From NCBI GenBank assembly GCA_003133025.1, contig PKZK01000138.1, forward strand, positions 251-25,167: DNA of 24,917 nucleotides, in the 5' to 3' direction. This document shows, piece after piece, positions 18,306 through 24,917 of this stretch (position 1 is its first letter; each line of letters opens with the position of its first letter). The translations under genes and the position numbers were made by a program. The notes under the pieces are model-generated. The model ran no database searches and was not told where the DNA came from. It worked only from the letters and a program-made list of their open reading frames with translations. This DNA comes from Vulcanimicrobiota bacterium. GTDB lineage: Bacteria > Vulcanimicrobiota > Vulcanimicrobiia > Vulcanimicrobiales > Vulcanimicrobiaceae.

Positions 18306-19525
18306 TGTCGTTGACCTTTACGTATCGCGCGCGCAGCGCATCGGGCGAACTCGTGGCGGGAACGATGCGCGCGCTCGACCGTGCGACGGCGCTGGCAGCG
18401 CTGCGCGAACGGCGGCTGATCCCCTCGGAATTACGTTCGACGACCGGCGCCTTCTCCATTACCGCGCTCTTTCGCCGCTCGCCGGCGCGCGAACGGCTTG
18501 CCTTCTTCCGCGCATATGCAGCACTCGAAGATGCGGGCATCGATTTTTCTACCGCCTTCCGGCTCCTGAGCGATCAGGCCCGGACGCGACGCTTCCGCGA
18601 CGCCTTGCACGCCGTGCGCTCCGACGTGGAACGGGGTGGCGAGAAGCTTTGGAAGGCGATGTCGCACCGGCCCGACGAGTTCACCGACCTCGAGGTAGCG
18701 ATGGTGGCTGCAGGCGAGGAAGCCGGCAATCGCGCCGAGATCTTCGACCGGATCGCCCACTTCCTCGAACGCGACGCGCGCTTTCGCAAACAGTTGGGCG
18801 CAGCACTGTTCTACCCGGCCATCGTGGTCTTTGCGGCGATCGCGGTGACGGTGTATTTGCTCTTCTTCGTCGTGCCGCAGTTTGCCAATCTCTTTGCCGC
18901 ATTCCAAGTACGCAGCAGCCCGGTGCTCGACGCGTTGCTCGTGCTGCGCACCATTTCGTCGTCGCCGCGAACGCTGCTCGTCGCGGTGCTCGGGGCCTTG
19001 GCGGGCGGTGGGGCGCTCGTCGTGTTCGCGCAGACGCCGTCGGGTGCAATGGCGTTGGACAGGTTGCGTTTGGGGCTCCCCCTGATCGGAGCGATGCTGC
19101 GCAAAGCGGCCGTCGCCCGCCTTGCGCGGGTACTAGCAACCTTGCTGGAGTCAGGTGTCAACCAGCTTCGCGCCCTCGAAGTCGCGACGCCCGTCGCGGA
19201 AAGCCCGGTCTTCGCTCGGGCGCTCGAGTTCGCGCGGCAGCGGGTTGCGGTCGGAGCCTGCGCCACGCTCGACGAGGCCCTCGCGCTGACCGGCGTCTTC
19301 GAACCGATGGCCGTCGGATTCGTACGGGTCGGTTCGCAGGCCGGCGACGTGCCCGGCATGCTGCTCAAGATTTCGGAATACTACGAAGAGGACGTGGAAT
19401 CGCTCGCAACGGTGATCCCGACGCTTGCCCAAACGATCGTCACGATCGGGCTCGGGATCGTCGTCGCGTTCATCGTCTACGTCGTCTACGTGCCGCTCAC
19501 CACGCTCGCCACGAGCGTTCGCTAA
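18305..19525 (+). CDS. pilC: Type IV pilus platform protein PilC/GspF
   Basis: N-terminal FTYRAR..SG..V.G, MVAAGEEAG, ALFYP, FVVPQF, LATLLESGV, three TM segments. TGATG overlap with pilT. Confidence 0.93.
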   Translation: MSLTFTYRARSASGELVAGTMRALDRATALAALRERRLIPSELRSTTGAFSITALFRRSPARERLAFFRAYAALEDAGIDFSTAFRLLSDQARTRRFRDALHAVRSDVERGGEKLWKAMSHRPDEFTDLEVAMVAAGEEAGNRAEIFDRIAHFLERDARFRKQLGAALFYPAIVVFAAIAVTVYLLFFVVPQFANLFAAFQVRSSPVLDALLVLRTISSSPRTLLVAVLGALAGGGALVVFAQTPSGAMALDRLRLGLPLIGAMLRKAAVARLARVLATLLESGVNQLRALEVATPVAESPVFARALEFARQRVAVGACATLDEALALTGVFEPMAVGFVRVGSQAGDVPGMLLKISEYYEEDVESLATVIPTLAQTIVTIGLGIVVAFIVYVVYVPLTTLATSVR

Positions 19526-19542
19526 CTACGAAGGAGAGGTTC

Positions 19543-20055
19543 ATGCAGACTCTGACCGCAGCGCGCCGTTCGGCGCAGCGCGGCTTCACCTTGGTCGAGT
19601 TGATGGTCGTCGTGGCCATTATCGCCATGATCGCCGGGATCATCATCCCAAACTACGTCCACGCGCGCAGGCAAGCCGCCGTCTCCGATAGCGAGGCCAA
19701 TCTCAAGCAGATCGCAACGTCGCTGGAGCTCTATTTTACCGACAACCTCCAATACCCGGCGGGCAACCAGACCGACGTCGACCCGCAGCTCTTCGGCGGC
19801 GAGAACAATCCGTACCTGAACAGCACGCCGGTCGACGACATCGGGCGCCTGGATTATCTGTACTCGACCAATACCGCGACGGGCGGGCCGCCTTCGTACA
19901 TCGTGCAAGACCCCGCGACGTACGATCCCGCCAGCCTCGACAACATCTCGCTCGGACCGAATGCGACCGGCACGCAAAAGGTCTGCGGCGACGTGGGCAA
20001 CTGCACCAAGATTCAGTACGATCCGCGCTACGGCATCTACGGCACCGCATCGTGA
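19543..20055 (+). CDS. Type IV major pilin / GspG-like pseudopilin (14-aa leader, 156-aa mature)
   Basis: Class III signal MQTLTAARRSAQRG|FTLVELMVVVAII…P22. Strong RBS AAGGAGAGG. LELYFTDNLQYP, PYLNSTPVDDIG.LDYLY, C-terminal Cys pair. Confidence 0.93.
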   Translation: MQTLTAARRSAQRGFTLVELMVVVAIIAMIAGIIIPNYVHARRQAAVSDSEANLKQIATSLELYFTDNLQYPAGNQTDVDPQLFGGENNPYLNSTPVDDIGRLDYLYSTNTATGGPPSYIVQDPATYDPASLDNISLGPNATGTQKVCGDVGNCTKIQYDPRYGIYGTAS

Positions 20056-20621
20056 CCGGCGACGGATTGGGCCTCGCGCTGGTGGCGTTCGGCGCGGTTG
20101 CCGGTGGTCTGATCGCGGGTCGCCTGCGGCCGGAACTCGCGCCGGATTGGCCGGACGTATCGATCGAGACCTGCCTGCTCGCGGGGGCGGCCGGCGCGGC
20201 CGCCCTCGCTCTCCACGGAGGAACCGCGGCGGCTGCGAGTTGCACCGGCCTCACGGCGGCGGCCGTGCTCGATGCGTGCAGCGGTTATCTCGTCGACGAG
20301 TTGACCTTGCCGACCGCGGCCATCGCTCTGCTCGCGTCGATCGACTCGGGAAGTGCCCGCCATTCGGCTTTCGGGATGCTGACGCTGGCTTTGCCGCCCG
20401 CGTTGCTCAACGTCATCGGACGCGGCCGTTGGTTGGGCTGGGGAGACGTGAAGGCCTTCCTCGCCGTTGGCGCGGGTTTGGGTAGCGAGCGAGGGATCGC
20501 GGCGTTGGGCCTAGCCTGCATCTTCGGCGTCGCAACCGCGCTCGTCACGCGACGCCGCGAGATTCGCTTCGGTCCGCATCTGGCTGCGGGTGCGCTCGCC
20601 GCACTCGGAGGTGCACCGTGA
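20052..20621 (+). CDS. Prepilin peptidase (A24), peptidase domain only
   Basis: Polytopic hydrophobic protein with first Asp (AVLDACSGYL), GxGD (LGWGDVK) and C-terminal IRFGPHL. No N-terminal CxxC pairs. Confidence 0.85.
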   Translation: MTGDGLGLALVAFGAVAGGLIAGRLRPELAPDWPDVSIETCLLAGAAGAAALALHGGTAAAASCTGLTAAAVLDACSGYLVDELTLPTAAIALLASIDSGSARHSAFGMLTLALPPALLNVIGRGRWLGWGDVKAFLAVGAGLGSERGIAALGLACIFGVATALVTRRREIRFGPHLAAGALAALGGAP

Positions 20622-21463
20622 AGTTTCCGGCGCTGCGCAGCCTGCCGCTCGGCATCGAGTTATCCGCCGAGCGCGTCGCCCTCGCGATACCCAGATCTAT
20701 AGGCGGACGGCTCGAGGTCGCCGAGAGCGTCGTCGAAGCGGTGCCCGAGACGACGGAAGACAAGCTCGACGAAGCCTTGAGCCAGGCCCTGCAAAGGGCG
20801 CTGGCCGGCATCCGCGCGCGCACGCGCCGCTGCATCCTTGCAGCCCCGTGGTCGGAGTCGCTGGTGCGTGCGTTCAAGCTGCCGCCGGGCATGCGGCGCA
20901 GCGAGGCTGCGCGCGCCGCCGAACTCGAGGCCGATGTGATCGCGCCGTGGCCGTCGAGCGAACGCATCGTCGCCCTCGATGCGCTGCCCGGTCGTAAACG
21001 CGAGCTCTTGCTCAGCATCGGGCGAGCCTCGACGCTGCAACGTTTGGTTTCGATCGCGCGCAGTGCCCGCCTGGACCCGATCGCCATCGATGCGCAGGCG
21101 TGCGCGTGGCGCAGACTCGTGCCCGGTGCCGACGCACTGCTCGACGCGGGCGGCCCGCGGGCGGTCCTGGTGGTATTCGCGGTGCCGGTTCCCTCGTTTC
21201 AACTGTTCGCACCGCGGCTCATCGACGAACGGCTAGCGGCCCAAGTCCGCCTGGCTCTGATCGAAGCACGGCGCGACTCGGAACTCGACATTCACCGACT
21301 CGCCGTCTACGCAGCGCCGGAGCGCTACGACGTGCTCGCCCCGCTGCTCGCGGGCGAGGGATATGCAGTAGAAGCCGTGCGTGTCGGCGACGTGGAGTCG
21401 CCGCCCTGGGCGCTCGCGTTTGCGCTCTCGACTTGGCCTCTTTCCGCGCGAGGCGTCGCATGA
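20618..21463 (+). CDS. pilM: PilM-like cytoplasmic alignment protein (divergent)
   Basis: LGIEL.., KLPP…ELEA…PW, ARLDPIAIDAQACA, ALLDAGG. Sits immediately before pilN. Confidence 0.7.
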   Translation: MKFPALRSLPLGIELSAERVALAIPRSIGGRLEVAESVVEAVPETTEDKLDEALSQALQRALAGIRARTRRCILAAPWSESLVRAFKLPPGMRRSEAARAAELEADVIAPWPSSERIVALDALPGRKRELLLSIGRASTLQRLVSIARSARLDPIAIDAQACAWRRLVPGADALLDAGGPRAVLVVFAVPVPSFQLFAPRLIDERLAAQVRLALIEARRDSELDIHRLAVYAAPERYDVLAPLLAGEGYAVEAVRVGDVESPPWALAFALSTWPLSARGVA

Positions 21464-22047
21464 TCCGCGCAAACCTGCTGCCCGCAGCGGGGGAAGCACT
21501 GTCGCTGTTCGGTACGAGCCTCGACCGGAAACTGGTTCGCGACGCCGTGGGCGGTCTGATCGTGCTCGTGCTCGTTTCGGCCGGTACCTATGCGGTTCAG
21601 GAGATACGACTCTCGACGTTGCGTCATCACGCGGAGACCCTGGAAGTCAGCGTCGCCGCAAACTCCGTCCGCCGCCGCGAGATCGCGGCCATGGCCGCCG
21701 ACGTGGCCCGCCTCCAACAACTCCAGCACGAGTCGGAACATCGGCGCCGCAGCGGCAACTCGGTCGCGGCGACCCTGATCGCCATCGGCAACGCAGTGCC
21801 GCTGCGGGTTTGGCTCGACGACATCGATCAGAACGCAAACGGCTACATCGTCAGCGGCGGCGCGACCTCGCTCGACGACGTCGGCGATACGCTGCTCGCG
21901 GTCGAACGCTCGATGCCGGGCTACGCTTCGTCGCTGGCCAACGTTTCGCGAGAGCAAAACGGGCAACGATTACATTTCTCGGTGCTCCTGCACGAACCCG
22001 CAGCCGCCGCACCCGCGCATCGGACGGCGAACGGCGTTCACCCGTGA
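21460..22047 (+). CDS. pilN: PilN-like inner-membrane alignment protein
   Basis: N-terminal MIRANLLP (INLLP PilM-binding motif), TM helix, coiled coil, VPLRVWLDDI…VSG. ATGA overlap with pilM. Confidence 0.85.
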   Translation: MIRANLLPAAGEALSLFGTSLDRKLVRDAVGGLIVLVLVSAGTYAVQEIRLSTLRHHAETLEVSVAANSVRRREIAAMAADVARLQQLQHESEHRRRSGNSVAATLIAIGNAVPLRVWLDDIDQNANGYIVSGGATSLDDVGDTLLAVERSMPGYASSLANVSREQNGQRLHFSVLLHEPAAAAPAHRTANGVHP

Positions 22048-22586
22048 GCGACACGAAGTTCGACGCCGGCTCCGGGTTGCGTGGCGTCGTGGCGCTCGCC
22101 GCGCTGGCGCTCGCCGCCGGCATCACCGGCATGATCGAACCCGACGTGCGTCTCGCGCAAAGTCGTGTCGAGGATGCGCGCTCGACGTTGGGCTCCGACG
22201 CGGTCGCCTTCGGCGGCGAAGCGCGTCTGCGCGTCGAACGTGCGACGCTCGCCCGGCGTTTTGCCGAAGACTTCCGAGTCGACCCGCAGGCGCAGATCCT
22301 TCGACGCCTTTCGGAAGCGATGCGACGCCATGGCGTGCGCTTCTCCTCGACGCAGGACGGCGCCGTGACGCAGCCGGAAGCCGGCCCGGGCGCGCGGCAA
22401 GAATTCGAGGACGTGCACCTCACCCTCGAGCTCCAAGGGAGCTATCGCGGGGTACTAATGGTGGTCGACGAGCTGGCGCGTGATTGCGAACTCGCGCGCG
22501 TCGAATCGGCGTCGCTGCATCGCGCCGGCGACGGCCTCAACGCGCATCTCTCGATCGCTTTGCTACGCCCGATCAGAGGAGTTTGA
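22044..22586 (+). CDS. pilO: PilO/GspM-like inner-membrane protein
   Basis: TM helix, coiled coil, then FEDVHLTLELQGSYRGVLMVVDEL…LARVES. GTGA overlap with pilN. Confidence 0.75.
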   Translation: MSDTKFDAGSGLRGVVALAALALAAGITGMIEPDVRLAQSRVEDARSTLGSDAVAFGGEARLRVERATLARRFAEDFRVDPQAQILRRLSEAMRRHGVRFSSTQDGAVTQPEAGPGARQEFEDVHLTLELQGSYRGVLMVVDELARDCELARVESASLHRAGDGLNAHLSIALLRPIRGV

Positions 22587-23318
22587 ATGGGTCTTTCGCT
22601 CAACCCGCTGCAACGTGCCGCGCTCTTCAGCGTCGCGGGCCTCGGATACTTCGGCGCTTTTCTCGGCGAGGCGACGGAATCCACCGCGCAAACCGCACCC
22701 GCGAGCCTGCGCATCTCGGCGCCCGCCGAGCCCGCGCTTATCGTCGTTGCGAGCAGCATCAAGCGCGATCCCTTTGCACCGACACCCGCACCGCGTCCCA
22801 TCGCCGCCGCGCCGGAGGCCCCATCGGACGGCATTGCATTTGCGCCGGTACCGCCTGGTCTCACCGTCCCGAGCATCGATGGAATCTTCGACGCGCGCGG
22901 CTCGGTGCCGAAAACGCTCTCGCTGAAGGCGACGATTGCCGGCAGCATGCCCGTTGCATACGTCGCCGACGGCCGGGGCATGCAGATCGTCCGGCCCGGC
23001 GATACGCTGGCAGGCTTGCGCGTTCGAGCGATCGATCTGCACGGCATCGTCTTCGATGACGGAACGCGACTCGGTTTGCCGGAGCGCGCTGATGCGGAGA
23101 CTCCGTCTGCAACGCGCGCCCGCACGAGGAGCGCCCCGAGCGCGACCGAGACGCCGGTCGCGTCGCCCTCTCCGGCGGCGCAGGCATCGACTGCCTTCCC
23201 GACACCCGGACCGCTACCCACGCCAAAGCTTGGAGCCTATCCGCTCGGTTCGCGTCCGACTTCCGATCCCGCCCAACCCACGGCCTTTCCCTATCCCTAT
23301 CCATATGCGCCCCACTGA
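22587..23318 (+). CDS. PilP/GspC-like protein with Pro-rich linker and tail
   Basis: N-terminal hydrophobic segment, KRDPF motif, HR-like domain LKATIAG…AYV….QIVRPGDTLAGLRVRAI. Lies between pilO and the secretin. Confidence 0.65.
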   Translation: MGLSLNPLQRAALFSVAGLGYFGAFLGEATESTAQTAPASLRISAPAEPALIVVASSIKRDPFAPTPAPRPIAAAPEAPSDGIAFAPVPPGLTVPSIDGIFDARGSVPKTLSLKATIAGSMPVAYVADGRGMQIVRPGDTLAGLRVRAIDLHGIVFDDGTRLGLPERADAETPSATRARTRSAPSATETPVASPSPAAQASTAFPTPGPLPTPKLGAYPLGSRPTSDPAQPTAFPYPYPYAPH

Positions 23319-23328
23319 GGATCCCGTC

Positions 23329-24705
23329 ATGCAACGTTTCTGCTTCGCTCTGCTGCTTGCGCTCGCCACGATTGCGCCGTCGTCCGGTTCGGCAGCCGAG
23401 AAGATCTCGCTCGACATTCGCGACCTCGACGTCTACGATGCGGTGCGCCTGCTTTCGACCCAAGCCGCGGTCAACGTCGTCGTGGACGGTTCGGTACAGC
23501 ATCGGCCCATCACGCTGCGCCTGCGCGACGTCGGCTTCGACGAAGCTCTCTCGACCCTCGCGCGCATGCAGGACCTCGCCAGCGCGCGGATCGGCAGCGC
23601 CATCTATCTCGCAACGCCGGAAGCACTCAACCGGCGCTACCGTGACGCGACCGCCGCCCGCACGCAACTGTTCGCCGCGCCGGCCGGAGCGGCGGCAGAT
23701 CTCGCGCGCACGTTGACCGACGCGCTGCCCGCCGGCACGCTGATCCAAGCCGACGAACACGCCTCGGCCGTCGTCGTAACCGGGACCGAAGACGCACTCA
23801 GGCGGGCTGCGGACTTGACCGGGTCGCTGCGGCGCGCGCGCAGCGTCCGTAGCGAAACCTTGGCGATGCGCTTCGCTCGATCGGCCGACGTGGTCAAAGC
23901 CGTGCAGTCGAGTTTGGCCGTGGCGGCCCCGCAAAGCGTCTACGCGTCCGAGCAGCAGAATGCGCTCGTCGCAACCGGAACCCCGGATTTCCTCGAGCGC
24001 GTCGAGACGCTGTGCGCGCAACTCGACCGGCCCGGACGCCAAGTTCGTTACGAGGTTCGCGTGACCGACATTTCTCCGAGCGACACGACCGACGTCGGCG
24101 TCCTGTGGGGCGGGTTGAGCTTGACGGGAACCGCGACGCCGGGACAGACGAGCACGATGTTCGCGACGCGCGCCCTGCCCTTGAATGCCACCATCAACGC
24201 CCTGATCACCAAGGGCGAGGCCTCGATCCTGGCGCAACCGACGCTCAGCACGCTCAACAACGTTCAAGCCTCGCTGCTCGTCGGTCAACAGTTTCCGATC
24301 GTCTACTTCGACGCGCGGACGGGCACGCAGCAAGTCCAATTCGTCAACGTCGGCGTGAACCTGACGGTCACGCCGTCCGTGGGCAGCGACGGTTCCATTA
24401 CGACCGATCTCGAGACGGACTACAGCACCATCGTCAACTACGTGAATAATTTCCCGGTCATCGGCACGCGCAGGGCGCAATCGACGTTGCGGGTGCGGGA
24501 CGGCGACTCCATCGTGATCGCCGGCCGCTTCTCGAATCTGGATACGACCACGATCAGCAAGGTGCCGCTGTTGGGTGATATCCCGCTCTTCGGCGAGCTG
24601 TTCAAGAATCACAACCGGACGCACACCAAGGACGAGGTCGTCTTCTTGATCACGCCCCATCTCGTTCCCGAAGCCGCCCTTCCCGATCAGCATCGCGGAG
24701 CTTGA
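23329..24705 (+). CDS. pilQ: Secretin (PilQ/GspD family), compact, no AMIN domains
   Basis: Signal peptide, N0 ISLDIRDLDV.D…ITLRLRDV, two secretin_N repeats, LDRPGRQV, ILAQPTLSTLNN, VGVNLTVTP, KVPLLGDIPLFGELFK, VFLITP. ATG 23329 with GAGG upstream. Confidence 0.93.
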   Translation: MQRFCFALLLALATIAPSSGSAAEKISLDIRDLDVYDAVRLLSTQAAVNVVVDGSVQHRPITLRLRDVGFDEALSTLARMQDLASARIGSAIYLATPEALNRRYRDATAARTQLFAAPAGAAADLARTLTDALPAGTLIQADEHASAVVVTGTEDALRRAADLTGSLRRARSVRSETLAMRFARSADVVKAVQSSLAVAAPQSVYASEQQNALVATGTPDFLERVETLCAQLDRPGRQVRYEVRVTDISPSDTTDVGVLWGGLSLTGTATPGQTSTMFATRALPLNATINALITKGEASILAQPTLSTLNNVQASLLVGQQFPIVYFDARTGTQQVQFVNVGVNLTVTPSVGSDGSITTDLETDYSTIVNYVNNFPVIGTRRAQSTLRVRDGDSIVIAGRFSNLDTTTISKVPLLGDIPLFGELFKNHNRTHTKDEVVFLITPHLVPEAALPDQHRGA

Positions 24706-24709
24706 GCCG

Positions 24710-24917
24710 ATGAAGAATTCGACATCGCTTCCGCAACTTTCCGCGGCGCGCGTTCTGACCTCGGGCGGTCCATATGCGGAGGGCGCCGTCGTCTCGCTGG
24801 CTTTCATCGACCCGCATGTCGGCCGGCTCGTCGCGCACCAACCCGCAGCCGCGCGCGAGGTTGCCGCGGCCGGCCCGATCGTGCCCGATACGATCTCCGT
24901 GCAGTTGTTGAGCGCGG
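24710..24917 (+). CDS. Hypothetical protein, 5' part only (MKNSTSLPQLSAARVLTSGGPYAEGAVVSLAF…), runs off the window
   Basis: ATG 4 nt after the secretin stop with GGAG upstream; frame stays open to the window end. Confidence 0.55.
   Translation, partial: MKNSTSLPQLSAARVLTSGGPYAEGAVVSLAFIDPHVGRLVAHQPAAAREVAAAGPIVPDTISVQLLSA

Noticed and set aside
19585..20055. Conductive e-pilin: aromatics at 1, 24, 50, 51 and 57, and 14/156 F+Y (about 9%)
   Set aside because: No aromatic at 27 or 32, the pattern is shared by GspG-like pilins generally, no cytochrome genes are in the window, and the sequence criteria are contested.
3495..24807. Long alternative-frame or antisense ORFs (3495-5351, 5563-7089, 6201-8399, 12236-14167, 22861-24807) and 5' extensions of the ORFs starting at 15172, 15588, 18286, 21100, 21381 and 22936
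   Set aside because: Typical high-GC shadow ORFs, Arg/Ala/Pro-rich and overlapping genes with clear family motifs.
14564..24917. Calling the locus a conjugative T4SS/ICE or a classical T2SS
   Set aside because: No virB4, virD4, relaxase or integrase in the window. PilT and PilM/N with the INLLP-type motif, and no gspHIJK, argue against a classical T2SS.

Overview
High-GC bacterial DNA from a diderm organism (it encodes a secretin and lipoproteins). The gene style suggests Ca. Eremiobacterota/Vulcanimicrobiota, but that is inference only. Left part (1-14.4 kb): a lipoprotein alpha-2-macroglobulin with no CxEQ thioester lies head-to-head with pbpC (PBP1C), which carries one in-frame TAA. Next come minus-strand genes for a secreted alpha/beta hydrolase, a hypothetical protein, an HpcH/HpaI aldolase, a DUF3810-like HExxH membrane protein and a Gloeo_Verruco-repeat lipoprotein. 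Plus-strand genes follow for a dienelactone-hydrolase-like protein with a degenerate nucleophile motif and a Nudix CoA pyrophosphatase. Right part (14.5 kb to end): a tightly coupled operon of at least 13 genes: SigB/SigF-type sigma factor, VirB1-like lytic transglycosylase, pilB, pilT, pilC, one GspG-like pilin, a peptidase-only prepilin peptidase, pilM/N/O/P-like genes, a secretin and a truncated ORF. It is preceded by four phased 11-bp repeats. This type IV filament module with its own sigma factor and VirB1-type enzyme is the best candidate for an undescribed system. No rRNA, tRNA, CRISPR array or mobile-element gene was recognised.
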